Assembly (NCBI GenBank): GCA_049317445.1
Contig: JBMOIG010000003.1
Span: 31,825 to 95,824 of the forward strand
From: Myxococcota bacterium
GTDB lineage: Bacteria; Myxococcota_A; UBA9042
DNA: 64,000 bases
Reading direction: 5' to 3'
In this document: positions 26,970-37,027 of the stretch, piece by piece
How positions within the stretch are numbered: the first letter of the stretch is position 1
Layout: every line of letters begins with the position of its first letter
Program-made: the position numbers and the translations under genes
The notes under the pieces: generated by a model
What the model saw: only the letters and a program-made list of their open reading frames with translations
The model's database searches: none
What the model was told of the DNA's origin: nothing

Positions 26970-29873
26970 TTGCCATCCATGCGCCCCAACCGCCGCCACC
27001 TGATCCTGGCCGTCGCCATCCTGCTGGGATTTGCGTGCGGTTTTGCGGTCTTCACGTTGCCGGCTCGCATCGCGACCCAGCTGCGCGCCGCCCTCGTCGA
27101 GCGGTCGGCGCGCGAGGGCATCGACCTGCAATTGTCCGGTGTTTACGTGCAGTTGCTGGACGGCGTGACGCTGGACGGCGTCGTGCTGCGGGACAAGGGT
27201 GCGCCCACGTCGCCGCCTTTCGCTCAGCTCCCGCGCGTCCACATCGACTATGAGATCAACGGCTTGTTCCGTCCGCGCATCTCCTTGCGCCGCATCGAGC
27301 TGGTGTCGCCGCGCGGGCACGTCGTCCGGTTCGCAGACGGCCGCACCAACCTGGACCCGGTGCTCAAGCGCCTGAACCGCGAGCGCAAGGGCGGCGGCGA
27401 CGCGGGCGAGGCCACCGGCTGGCGCAAGTACGTCTCGAACCACCTGCCCGACGTGTCCGTGCGCGACCTGCACTTGGCCATCGACGACGCATCGGGACCG
27501 GAACCGCTGTCGCTGGCTGGGATCGACTTGCGGCACCTTCGGTTGCAGGGCGCCGCCTTCGAGCTGCGCAACGTGTCGGACGTCGAGGAATCGCCAAGTC
27601 TGCAGGTCTCCGGATCGACGACGGTCTTGGGAATCGCTCAGCCGATTCGCATCGACGGCGACCTGCAGATGGCCAAGCGCACCGGCTCGGTCACGATGCG
27701 GCTGCCTGCCGACCTTGCCGTCACACTGGGCGGTTGGCGCGTGCAGGTCGGGTCGGTTTCGCTCAGTGCGGACGGCCACTTCCGGTTGGGACAGGTCAAC
27801 GTCTCGCGTCAAGGCGCCTCGGGCAGTCTGGCGCTGCGGGTGCGCGAAATTGCGGCAACGTTCTCGCCCACTGCGGCCCCGGCCACCTCCGCCACGCCGT
27901 CGCCATTGCTGCTGCGCCTGCCGCCGCCGGTGCGGTCCGCGCTAAGCCACGTGACGGAGCTGACGCTGGACGAGCCGGTCATCGTGTCCAACCGCGAGAC
28001 GCCGTCGCTGGTTCCAGAGCTGGAGGACGACGACGAGACGCCGGTCGACGCCGAGGGGGCGAAGGGCCGCAAGCCTGCCGCAAAGCCCAAGACCAGAGCA
28101 TCGGCGGGGTCGACCAAGGGCGCGATCGACAAGGCGAAAGACGCAGGCACCGTGCCGAATTTCCGTCGCGACGCCGACGCTGGGGACGGCCACATCGTGC
28201 GCGAGAATCTGGCCCGGCTGTTCGCGACCGGCGCAGACCGTCTGGACGGCAAGGTCGCAGAGCTGCGCCTGTTGGTCGCCGCAATTCCAATCCCGGTGGT
28301 GACGATCCGTCACGGCCGGGCCAGCTACAGCGACGAGCGGACAGCAGGGTCCAGCAGCGAGCTTTCCGACTTCAATGCGCGGGTCGAGCGCAAGCCGGGC
28401 TCCGAGATCGTGTCGCTGCAAGTCGACTTCAATGTGCCGGGACGCAAGGTCGCGAATTCCGTTGCGGGCCGCATCGATGTGGCGACGGGCGATGCTGAAC
28501 TGCGGGTCCATCTCGAGTACCTGCCCCTGGCTCCCTACGCCGCGGTGCTGCCCGCTTCGCTGGGTTTCGAGGCGACCAGCGCGGTGCAAAACGCAACGGC
28601 GACGCTGCTTTACAACGCCGCCCAGTCGCGCTTCACCATCGACGGCGACGGCACGGCCGCAGACTTCAGCATCCTGTCGCGGCGCATTGCCCGGCAGAAG
28701 CTGCAACACGTGACGGTGCAGGCCAAGGGTCGCCTCGATCTGGGCTTGAAGGAGCAACGGGTCGAGCTGGCCGATGGCGAGATCGTGGTCGGCAAGGTGC
28801 ACGCGCTGATCACCTCTTCGATCAAGCGCTTCCGTACCGCACCCGCATTCGATCTGCGGATCCGCATCCCTTCGGTGCCGTGTCAGGACGCCGTCGCCTC
28901 CGTGCCGGTCGGCTTTGCGCCGCTGCTCGATGGCATGAAGTGCGACGGGCATGTGTCGTTTGAGGTCAACAGCGCTCTCGACACCGCCAACATGAACTCG
29001 CTGAAGTTCGATTTCGACGCCGCTCTTGGCGACACGCGCATCACCGATACCGGAAAGTACATTCGTTTCGAAGTGTTCCAAGCACCGTTCGAGCACCACG
29101 CGCGGCAGAAGGACGGGACGCTGTTCACCTTCGTCACGGGGCCGGGCAGCGACCGTTGGGAGCCAATCACCAGCATTTCTCCCTACTTCGTGCAGGTGCT
29201 GACGACCACTGAGGACGGCGGCTTCTTCTGGCACAACGGGTTCCTGCTCGACGCGATCCGCAGCTCAATGATCGAGAACCTCAAGCGCGGCCGATTCGTG
29301 CGCGGCGGGTCGACCATCACCATGCAGCTAGTCAAGAACCTGTTCTTCGTCGAGCGGGAGAAGACCATTTCGCGCAAGGTGCAAGAGGCGGTCATCGTCT
29401 GGCAGATCGAGAAGACGCTGACCAAGGAGCAGATCCTCGAGCTCTACCTGAACATCATCGAGTACGGTCCCAAGATCTACGGCATCCGGCCGGCCGTGCA
29501 GCACTACTTCGAGAAATCTCCGTCGGAGCTGACGCTGCTGCAGGCGATCTGGATGGGCTCGATCATCCCCAACCCGCGTGCCTTCTACCACCAGTTCCGC
29601 GATGGCGCCGTCAGTGAGGCTTGGGCCACTTACCTGTGCTGGATCGGCTCGACGATGCTGACGCGAGAGAAGATCACGCAGGAACAGTTCGACGCGATGG
29701 GTGATTGCAGCGGCGTCTTCTCGGGAACGGCAGAGGTCCCGGGCACAGTGCCGGAAGGGGAGCTGCCTGCCGGCGAGGGGGCCATCGCTCCGACCGAGTC
29801 GCCTAAGCCCGATGCACCGCCGCCGCCCCCGATTCAGGTCGAAGAACCTCCCACCGAGGACGAGAATCCGTAA
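26970..29873 (+). CDS. membrane-anchored large protein with C-terminal GT51 peptidoglycan glycosyltransferase (transglycosylase) domain
   Basis: The N-terminal TM is LILAVAILLGFACGFAVFTL. About 700 aa of unknown function follow, possibly AsmA-like. The C-terminus carries the GT51 motifs EDGGFFWHNG, GGSTITMQLVKN, SRKVQE and KEQILELYLN. Confidence 0.7.
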   Translation: MPSMRPNRRHLILAVAILLGFACGFAVFTLPARIATQLRAALVERSAREGIDLQLSGVYVQLLDGVTLDGVVLRDKGAPTSPPFAQLPRVHIDYEINGLFRPRISLRRIELVSPRGHVVRFADGRTNLDPVLKRLNRERKGGGDAGEATGWRKYVSNHLPDVSVRDLHLAIDDASGPEPLSLAGIDLRHLRLQGAAFELRNVSDVEESPSLQVSGSTTVLGIAQPIRIDGDLQMAKRTGSVTMRLPADLAVTLGGWRVQVGSVSLSADGHFRLGQVNVSRQGASGSLALRVREIAATFSPTAAPATSATPSPLLLRLPPPVRSALSHVTELTLDEPVIVSNRETPSLVPELEDDDETPVDAEGAKGRKPAAKPKTRASAGSTKGAIDKAKDAGTVPNFRRDADAGDGHIVRENLARLFATGADRLDGKVAELRLLVAAIPIPVVTIRHGRASYSDERTAGSSSELSDFNARVERKPGSEIVSLQVDFNVPGRKVANSVAGRIDVATGDAELRVHLEYLPLAPYAAVLPASLGFEATSAVQNATATLLYNAAQSRFTIDGDGTAADFSILSRRIARQKLQHVTVQAKGRLDLGLKEQRVELADGEIVVGKVHALITSSIKRFRTAPAFDLRIRIPSVPCQDAVASVPVGFAPLLDGMKCDGHVSFEVNSALDTANMNSLKFDFDAALGDTRITDTGKYIRFEVFQAPFEHHARQKDGTLFTFVTGPGSDRWEPITSISPYFVQVLTTTEDGGFFWHNGFLLDAIRSSMIENLKRGRFVRGGSTITMQLVKNLFFVEREKTISRKVQEAVIVWQIEKTLTKEQILELYLNIIEYGPKIYGIRPAVQHYFEKSPSELTLLQAIWMGSIIPNPRAFYHQFRDGAVSEAWATYLCWIGSTMLTREKITQEQFDAMGDCSGVFSGTAEVPGTVPEGELPAGEGAIAPTESPKPDAPPPPPIQVEEPPTEDENP

Positions 29874-29879
29874 GGCGGG

Positions 29880-30977
29880 TCAGTCATCTTCGGGGTCGGC
29901 ATCGTCGGCCATGCCCGCCTCGGCAAACCACGACCTGACCCGCGAGGACAGCTTCTTCGACTTCTCCTGAAACGCTGCTTCACTGACCCGCAGCGCCTCC
30001 TCGAAGCCCTGGGCGATCGCCGCGTCCAACGCGCTCAGCAACAGCTGCCGACTTTCGCCTCCGCCTGAGTGCGCGCGCACCCAAGTCCGCAGCGCGATCA
30101 GGTCCGTCACCCCGCCCAGCCCCCGCGCAAGGGCTGCCAACGCGTCGATGCCGTCTCGCTGCGCGTGCGGCGCCACCGAGGCGATCAGCTCGAGCTGCCA
30201 GCGCACGTCCTTGACCCGCTTGCGAAACTCATGGATCAGCTTGGGATTGGGACGCTTCTCGGCCGCATGACGCGCCTTCTTGGCCCGCTTCCAGGCGTCG
30301 CGCAACCCGCGGGCCAGCTGCCTCCAGCGAATCTCAGGCTCCAGCTGCGCCGCAAACGTCTCGGCGACCGGCTGCAGATCGACCGCGCCTGCGCGCAGCA
30401 GCCCGCCGGAGGTGCCCGCGGCGTGGGCCTTGAGCCGCCCCTGATCGAGCTCGATGCGCCAGACGTCGAGGGCTTCCCGGTCCGCCACCACCACCGTGCT
30501 CAGCGTGTCGGGCAGGATCTCGGCATCGCGCAGGGCAGACGTGCGCCGCGCCACGTCGCGCACCGCGTGGTCCAGATCGCGCCAAGTCTCGTGGGGCAGC
30601 GCCCGCTCAACCAAGTGCAGCGTCGAACGAATGCGGCGCAGGGAGCGGCGGAAGGCGTGGATCGCGTGCGCTGGGTCTTCTGTCGCGCTCCGGGCCGCAA
30701 GGTGCAGCCGCGCGACCTGCGCGGTCACGTGGTCCGTCAAGGTGTCGTGCAAGCCATCCAGAACCGATGGCTCCGCAGCTTCCGCCGGCGCGGCGACTTC
30801 GGGTGCGGGTGTCGGCAACGGCGAGTCCGTCTGCGCTTCTACTACCGCATCGACGGGCGCTTCCGACGCTTCCAAGCCGGGAAGGGTCGCTTTGCCACGG
30901 GCTTGGGCAGTTCGCGGGGCACGGATCCGGGTGCGCGGACGCGGAGACACCTCGGGCGGGGTCGGGTCGGACGGCAT
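29880..30977 (-). CDS. CHAD-domain protein (polyphosphate-associated)
   Basis: HEFRKRVKDVRWQLELI and IHAFRRSLRRIRSTLHLV are the hallmark conserved His/Arg helices of CHAD. The protein is 365 aa. Confidence 0.65.
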   Translation of the reverse strand: MPSDPTPPEVSPRPRTRIRAPRTAQARGKATLPGLEASEAPVDAVVEAQTDSPLPTPAPEVAAPAEAAEPSVLDGLHDTLTDHVTAQVARLHLAARSATEDPAHAIHAFRRSLRRIRSTLHLVERALPHETWRDLDHAVRDVARRTSALRDAEILPDTLSTVVVADREALDVWRIELDQGRLKAHAAGTSGGLLRAGAVDLQPVAETFAAQLEPEIRWRQLARGLRDAWKRAKKARHAAEKRPNPKLIHEFRKRVKDVRWQLELIASVAPHAQRDGIDALAALARGLGGVTDLIALRTWVRAHSGGGESRQLLLSALDAAIAQGFEEALRVSEAAFQEKSKKLSSRVRSWFAEAGMADDADPEDD

Positions 30978-31124
30978 GCGGGCTCCTCAGCAGACAACGG
31001 TCACAGTATAGGGCAACCGCGGCGGCGTGCGACCCCGGTTGGCAACGGTTGCGTGAGGGACGGGCATCTGCCAACCTCCGCCGCCCGACCCCAAGCCGGG
31101 TTCGCCCGCAACAGGAGGAGACCC

Positions 31125-31622
31125 ATGCGCGTCTACATCATGCGCCATGGCATCGCAGTGGATCGCGACGACGCGGAATACCCCGAAGACGCCGACCGTC
31201 CGCTGACCGTTGAAGGTGCGCAGCGCACCCGGCGAGCCTTGCAGGGGCTGGCCGACATGGGCGTCGGCATCGACCGAATTGCGACCAGCCCCCTGCGGCG
31301 GTCTGTGCAAACTTCTGAACTTGCCTCGGAAGTGTTCGGGCTGACGGCCGACTTGGCGATTCGGCCCGAGTTCGCCCCGGCCGCAGGCAACGCCGCACGG
31401 TGGCTCGAGAGCTGCCGAGCCCTCAAGGTCGATGACGTTTTGTGCATCGGCCACTCGCCCGAGGTCGACGACTGGATCGCCCACGCGGTCGGTGCCCCGC
31501 AGCGGCTGACCTCGCTGAAGAAGGCGGGCATTGCCGTGATCTCGATCGATGACGACCCTACCGGCCGCTTGGTCGCGTTGTACGAGCCCAAGGTCCTTCG
31601 CCGGATCGGGTGGACGGCCTGA
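31125..31622 (+). CDS. sixA: phosphohistidine phosphatase SixA
   Basis: ATG at 31125 follows the RBS aggaggag. MRVYIMRHGIAVDRDD carries the RHG catalytic motif, and ...LCIGHSPEV is a histidine phosphatase branch-1 feature. The protein is 165 aa. Confidence 0.75.
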   Translation: MRVYIMRHGIAVDRDDAEYPEDADRPLTVEGAQRTRRALQGLADMGVGIDRIATSPLRRSVQTSELASEVFGLTADLAIRPEFAPAAGNAARWLESCRALKVDDVLCIGHSPEVDDWIAHAVGAPQRLTSLKKAGIAVISIDDDPTGRLVALYEPKVLRRIGWTA

Positions 31623-31647
31623 TTTCTCTTGATGTACAGGGTCTTGA

Positions 31648-32442
31648 CTAGTCCTGATCGCGGACCACCTGCACCACCGCCAAGTCGTCCAAGCGCACGG
31701 CAGTCAGCTCACGCCCCCAAACGCACCCCGTGTCCACCGCCACGAGTCCGGGCTGTATCAGCAGTCCCAAGGCGGCCCAGTGGCCGAACACCACCGTCAC
31801 GTCCCGATTGCGGCGACCCGGCACCGCGAACCAAGGCAGGCAGCCGCGCGGAGCCTTGTCGGGAGCACCGCTGAACGACGAAATCGCCTCGCCCTGCGCC
31901 GTGCACCCGCGCAACCGGGTCAGTGCCGCCACCGTCGCGCCGGCCTCGCGCAACGCCTCGTCCGTCAGGGGTTCCTTGCGCTTATGAATGGCCAGCAGCT
32001 CGGTGCGGCGCGGACCCCGGAGCCAGGCCTCCGCCGCTCGCGCGCGGGTTTCCGCCACCGTCACGGTCCACTGCGGCAGCAGCCCAGCGTGCACCAGCAG
32101 CCAGTCGCCGTCGCGGTGCAGCAGCGGGCGGTGTACCAGCCAGTCGAGCAGCTCGTCGCGGTCGGGTGCCGCAAGGACCTCGTCCAGCGTGTCGCCCGGC
32201 TTCAGGGGCACCAGCCCGTACGCCGCGGACAACAGGTGCAGATCGTGGTTGCCCAGCACGGTCTGCGCGGCATTTCCCAACGCCTTGATCTGCCTGAGCA
32301 CTTCCAAGGATTGCGGTCCGCGGTTGACCAGGTCGCCCACGAACCACACCTGATCTGCGGCCGGGTCGAAGCGGATCCGGTCGAGCAAGCGCTCGAGCTC
32401 GTCGGCACACCCCTGCACGTCACCGATCGCCCAGATCGCCAC
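31648..32442 (-). CDS. apaH: bis(5'-nucleosyl)-tetraphosphatase (symmetrical) ApaH
   Basis: AIWAIGDVQGCADEL, GDLVNRGP, GNHDLHLL, the GHW motif and DTGCVWG are typical ApaH metallophosphatase motifs. A GTG start at 32442 is inferred and the longer ORF N-terminus is rejected. Confidence 0.8.
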   Translation of the reverse strand: MAIWAIGDVQGCADELERLLDRIRFDPAADQVWFVGDLVNRGPQSLEVLRQIKALGNAAQTVLGNHDLHLLSAAYGLVPLKPGDTLDEVLAAPDRDELLDWLVHRPLLHRDGDWLLVHAGLLPQWTVTVAETRARAAEAWLRGPRRTELLAIHKRKEPLTDEALREAGATVAALTRLRGCTAQGEAISSFSGAPDKAPRGCLPWFAVPGRRNRDVTVVFGHWAALGLLIQPGLVAVDTGCVWGRELTAVRLDDLAVVQVVRDQD

Positions 32443-32655
32443 GATGAACCCCTGCCTTTCCAAGCCGCTGCTGTAGTCGGCGCGTTCTCGACCGCGCTGC
32501 AACCGTGTAGCATCGCGATCCTCGCACCGGGACGCCCAGCGCGCGAGAAAACGGCCGCAGTGGGCGCGCCCTTGACCCTTTCGTCGTGAGAGCAGCCCAT
32601 GCCCCCCCGCACCGACTCGCCCAGCGCCCGACGCCGCCCCCGTGGCCTGGCGCAT

Positions 32656-34203
32656 ATGTCCGCGCCGCTGCTACCGATCGAAGGGCTTGCCGAGTCACTT
32701 GAGCCGCCGGAAATCATCGCCGCCATCGATCTCGGGTCGAACAGTTTCCACCTCGTGACCGCCCGCGTGGTGCAGGGCGGGCTAATCGTCATCGCCAAGA
32801 TGCGCGATACGGTGCGACTTGCCGCAGGGCTGGACGACCACGACCGATTGCACGGCGACAGCGAGGCGCGGGCGCTTGCCTGTCTGGAGCGATTTGGTCA
32901 ACTGGTGCGCGAGATGCCGCGACGGGGGGTGCGTGCGGTTGGAACGAGCACGTTGCGAAGGGCGACCAACTCTGCGGACTTCCTGGCCAAGGCCCGCAAC
33001 GCCCTGGGGCACCCCATCGAGATCGTGTCCGGACGCGAGGAAGCCCGCCTGATCTACCTGGGCTTGACCCACAGTGTGGCCAGCGTACCGGGGCGGCGTC
33101 TGGTGATCGACATCGGCGGCGCCAGTACCGAGTGCATTCTGGGCGAGCGCTTCGAGCCGCTGCTGGCCGACAGTCTGGACATGGGCTGCGTGACCTGGAT
33201 GCGCCACTTTCCCAAGGGAGAGATCCGCAAGGACGGCTTCAGGCAAGCGGAGTTGGCGGCCAGTCGGCAGCTGGAGCCCCTGCGCCGCGGCTACACAACG
33301 CTGGGGTGGGATGCGTGTGCGGGCGGCTCAGGGACGATTGGGGCCACGCAAGCGATCCTGCGGGCGCTGGAGGGCCACCGAGGCGGCATCACCCGCGATG
33401 GTCTGGAGCGGCTGAAGAAGGAGTTGCTGGCGTTCGGCCACATCAAGCACATCCAACTGCCTGATTTACGGTCTGATCGAGCCGAGGTCCTGCCCGCCGG
33501 TGTCGCCATCCTGACGGCTGTGTTCGATGCGTTCGGCATCGAGCAGATGGAGGCGGCGTCCGGCGCACTGCGCGAAGGCGTGCTGCACGACCTGCTGGGT
33601 CGTATTCGCCACGACGACGTCCGCGACCGCACGGTCTCGCGACTGGCAGAGCGGTACCACGTCGACGCTGAGCAAGCTGCGCGCGTCGAACGGACGGTTC
33701 GCCTGCTGCAAAGGAAGGTCGCGGATTCCTGGAAGATCGACGACGTGGCCGCACGGCAGGCGCTGACTTGGGCAGCACGGCTGCACGAGATCGGCCTGAT
33801 GGTGGCGTTCTCGGGCTACCACCGCCACGGCGCGTATCTGGTCGCCAATGCCGACATGCCGGGCTTCTCACGCGACGACCAGGAGCTTGTGGCCAGCCTG
33901 ATCCGCGTGCATCGTCGCAAGCTGGCCCTCGGCAAGGAAGCGGCCAAGCCGTCCGAGACCGTGATCCGCATGGCCGTGCTGCTGCGGCTGGCTGTGCTGC
34001 TCAACCGCGCCCGCAGCCACAAGCCCCTGCCGCCGTTCGGGATCGAGGCCGTGGGTGACAAGGTGGTGCTGTCGTTCCCGGCCGACTGGCTGGCGGACCA
34101 ACCGCTGACGGCCGCCGATCTTGCGCAAGAGGCGCTGGATCTGAAGGACGCAGGCATCGCGCTCGAAGTCACCCGGTCGCGTACCCGACCCGCCGCCGGG
34201 TAG
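32656..34203 (+). CDS. ppx: exopolyphosphatase Ppx/GppA
   Basis: IAAIDLGSNSFHLVTARV, LVIDIGGASTE and the C-terminal HD-like domain match Ppx/GppA. ATG at 32656. Confidence 0.85.
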   Translation: MSAPLLPIEGLAESLEPPEIIAAIDLGSNSFHLVTARVVQGGLIVIAKMRDTVRLAAGLDDHDRLHGDSEARALACLERFGQLVREMPRRGVRAVGTSTLRRATNSADFLAKARNALGHPIEIVSGREEARLIYLGLTHSVASVPGRRLVIDIGGASTECILGERFEPLLADSLDMGCVTWMRHFPKGEIRKDGFRQAELAASRQLEPLRRGYTTLGWDACAGGSGTIGATQAILRALEGHRGGITRDGLERLKKELLAFGHIKHIQLPDLRSDRAEVLPAGVAILTAVFDAFGIEQMEAASGALREGVLHDLLGRIRHDDVRDRTVSRLAERYHVDAEQAARVERTVRLLQRKVADSWKIDDVAARQALTWAARLHEIGLMVAFSGYHRHGAYLVANADMPGFSRDDQELVASLIRVHRRKLALGKEAAKPSETVIRMAVLLRLAVLLNRARSHKPLPPFGIEAVGDKVVLSFPADWLADQPLTAADLAQEALDLKDAGIALEVTRSRTRPAAG

Positions 34204-34206
34204 CTC

Positions 34207-36261
34207 CTACTCGCCGGCCGTGGCCAGAAACGCCTGCACGGAAAATTTCCCCGTTCGCGAGCCGAGATAGGATCCGTCGGGCTGCATGTCCCACGCCTGC
34301 ATGTCGTCCTGCCACGGCAGGGTGAGACACTCGCGCACCGCCCGGTCGGCCAACTGAGGGTCGTACAAGGGAAAGCACACCTCGACGCGGCGGGTGAAGT
34401 TGCGCTCCATCCAGTCGGCGCTGCCCGCCCACACCTGACGGTCGTCGTCGGGGCCAAAGACATAGACCCGTGCGTGCTCCAGAAAGCGTCCCACCAGCGA
34501 GCGCACGCGAATCCGCTCGGACAGCCCGGGCACGCCCGGCCGCAAGCAGCAAATGCCGCGCACGACCAGCTCCACGTCCACGCCCGCTTGCGACGCCCGA
34601 TACAGTGCCGCGATGACCTTGGGGTCCGTCAGTGCGTTCATCTTGGCGCGGATCTGCGCCGGCTTGCCCTTGCGCGCCCGCTGCGCCTGAGCATCGATGC
34701 GGGTGATCATCTGGTCCTGCAGACCGAGCGGCGCCTGCAGAAGGCGCTTCAGCTCTCGCACTGCGCCCAGACCGGTCAGCTGCTGCAACAGGTGGTGGGC
34801 GTCGCGAGTCAGCCCCGGGTCGGCCGTCAGCAAGCCCAAGTCCGTGTACTGTCTGGAGTTCTGCGGGTGGTAGTTGCCGGTGCCCAGGTGCAGGTACCGC
34901 CGCAGCTCCCCGCCCTCCTGCCGCGCGACCAGCAAGAGCTTGGCGTGGACCTTGTGGCCGACGACCCCGTGGATCACGTGCACGCCTGCATCGTGCATGC
35001 GCTGCGCCAGGTCGATGTTGGCCTCTTCGTCGAAGCGGGCACGCAGCTCGACGACCGCGGTCACCTCCTTGCCCGCCCGTGCCGCTTGGCACAGCGCGTC
35101 GACGTAGGGTGAGGTCGCCCCCGTGCGGTACAGCGTCTGGTGGATGGCGCGTACCTGCGGGTCCGCCACGGCGCGGCGCAAGAAGTCCAGCACGATACCC
35201 GCAGAGTCGTACGGATGGTGCAGCAGGACGTCGCCCCGCCGCAGCGTCTCGAACACATCGACGTCGGCCGTGTCCAGTCCGCCTTGGTCGGCGCGGGGAA
35301 CATGGGGCGGGTGACGCAGGTCGGGCCGTTCTGCAAGGTCGCACAAGGCGGACAGTTGATGCAGATTCACGGGGCCTGGAACGCGGTACAGGTCCGCTTG
35401 CACCAAGCCGAATTGCCCCAGCAGCAGCGGCTCGATGGCCTCGGGACAGTCTGCGGGGACCTCCAGCCGCACCGCGTCGCCGTCGTTGCGGTGGTGCAGC
35501 TCGCCTTGCAGTGCCTCCAGCAGGTCCTCGGCCTCTTCCTCGATCAGCCAGAGTTCGCTGTCTCGGGTGACGCGGAAGGGCGCGCAAGCCTTGACCTCTC
35601 GGCCGGGGAAGACCTCACCGATGCACGCCACGACCACGTCGGACAGCAAGACGAACGCGCAAGCATCCGACGGCAGCGCCATCACACGAGGCAACGACCG
35701 CGGGACCTGCACGACAGCAAGCCCCTGAGAACCGGTGCGCGGGTCGGATTCCCGCAGCAAGACCAAGACCGCCAGATGCTTGTTCTGCACGTGCGGAAAG
35801 GTCCCTGCGGCGTCTACACCGGTTGGCGACAAGAGCGGCAGCACCAGCGACCGGAACAGTGCGCGCACCTCAGCCTGCTGTTGCGCCGTCCAGCGGGCGG
35901 GCGACAGCAGCCGTATGCCGGCGACCTCGAGAGCGGGCAGCAATTCCTCCACAAGCACGCGGTGTTGTTCGGCGACCAGCGCGTGGGCCTCTGTCATCGT
36001 CCGCGCCAGACTCTCGGCCGCCGTCAGACCGTCTGGACCCGGTGCCTTCAGTCCGAAGGCGACGCGCTGGCGCAGTCGGGCGACGCGAACCTCGAAGAAT
36101 TCGTCCAGATTGGAGCTGCTGATGGTCAGAAACCGCAGGCGCTCCAGCAGCGGCACCGAGGGGTCACGAGCCAGCGCCAACACCCGATGCTGGAACGCGA
36201 TCAGGGCGGACTCGCGGTTCAGGTAGGTGCCGGGCGCGAGCAACGGCGCAGAACGGGCCAT
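34207..36261 (-). CDS. ppk: polyphosphate kinase 1
   Basis: 684 aa, starting MARSAPLLAPGTYLNRESALIAFQHRVLALA. FLTISSSNLDEFFEVRVA is the PPK1 N-domain motif. It is convergent with ppx. Confidence 0.9.
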   Translation of the reverse strand: MARSAPLLAPGTYLNRESALIAFQHRVLALARDPSVPLLERLRFLTISSSNLDEFFEVRVARLRQRVAFGLKAPGPDGLTAAESLARTMTEAHALVAEQHRVLVEELLPALEVAGIRLLSPARWTAQQQAEVRALFRSLVLPLLSPTGVDAAGTFPHVQNKHLAVLVLLRESDPRTGSQGLAVVQVPRSLPRVMALPSDACAFVLLSDVVVACIGEVFPGREVKACAPFRVTRDSELWLIEEEAEDLLEALQGELHHRNDGDAVRLEVPADCPEAIEPLLLGQFGLVQADLYRVPGPVNLHQLSALCDLAERPDLRHPPHVPRADQGGLDTADVDVFETLRRGDVLLHHPYDSAGIVLDFLRRAVADPQVRAIHQTLYRTGATSPYVDALCQAARAGKEVTAVVELRARFDEEANIDLAQRMHDAGVHVIHGVVGHKVHAKLLLVARQEGGELRRYLHLGTGNYHPQNSRQYTDLGLLTADPGLTRDAHHLLQQLTGLGAVRELKRLLQAPLGLQDQMITRIDAQAQRARKGKPAQIRAKMNALTDPKVIAALYRASQAGVDVELVVRGICCLRPGVPGLSERIRVRSLVGRFLEHARVYVFGPDDDRQVWAGSADWMERNFTRRVEVCFPLYDPQLADRAVRECLTLPWQDDMQAWDMQPDGSYLGSRTGKFSVQAFLATAGE

Positions 36262-36295
36262 CGAATTCCTTGCAGCGAAGCAGACTTTCGTCGCG

Positions 36296-37024
36296 CTACT
36301 TGTTCAGCTTGGCGACTTCCTCGACCAGATTGGTCGGGCGCTCCATCGGCGCTTCACCCGGAGGCGGTGACAGCCACTGCGCCGGCATGGGAATCGGTGT
36401 CGGCGCCCAGTCGGCACCAGGCAGGTCGTCGGGGTGGGTGCCATCGACGATGAACTTCTGGCGCGGACCGTCGAACACCGACGTCGCCTCTTGACCAAAG
36501 CGGTATTCCCAAGGGTCTTCCAACACCAAGCGGCGCGTGCTCTCGCGCAGACGGCGCACATACGCCACCGACCAGATCTCGGCCAGCTGGGGCTCCGGGA
36601 TGTGGGCGTTGCGGACCTCGTCCAGCTCGACACCAAAGCTGCCACCCAGGCCGGCCTCACGCCGAAACGGCAGCGGGTCGTCCAGATCCACCGCCATCTC
36701 GTAGCGACCGATGTTGCGCAGGGTGTACTGCGGCATGTGCTCGTGCTGGATGGCTTCCAAAACGTCGCCGGGCAACTCGTTGTCGGTCTTGGGGCGAATC
36801 GGGCGAGCGTACGTCTCTTCGAACTTGGAGCGCCCTTGTACCGTCTCGCTCAGCCGGTCGGCGCGAAAGTCGTGGGGGACGAACACGGCGAAGGCGTCGA
36901 TGCGGCTCAGCTGGTCGTGCAGAGGCAGGCGCCGGGTCGAGAACCGCTGCCGCCCAACAATTCGGCCAGAAAGCGGCCACGCCATCGGCACTTGCAGCAG
37001 GTCTCGGCCGCACGCCTCGTCCAT
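36296..37024 (-). CDS. hypothetical protein, last gene of the AAA+/DUF1257/DUF2997 cassette
   Basis: 242 aa with no recognisable motif. Its start is 3 bp after the DUF2997 stop, and its stop is 34 bp before the ppk start. Confidence 0.4.
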   Translation of the reverse strand: MDEACGRDLLQVPMAWPLSGRIVGRQRFSTRRLPLHDQLSRIDAFAVFVPHDFRADRLSETVQGRSKFEETYARPIRPKTDNELPGDVLEAIQHEHMPQYTLRNIGRYEMAVDLDDPLPFRREAGLGGSFGVELDEVRNAHIPEPQLAEIWSVAYVRRLRESTRRLVLEDPWEYRFGQEATSVFDGPRQKFIVDGTHPDDLPGADWAPTPIPMPAQWLSPPPGEAPMERPTNLVEEVAKLNK

Positions 37025-37027
37025 CGC

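Noticed and set aside
30069-31622. 517-aa plus-strand ORF
   Set aside because: Only the last 165 aa (from ATG 31125, with an AGGAGG RBS) look like a real protein (SixA). The upstream part is antisense to the CHAD gene.
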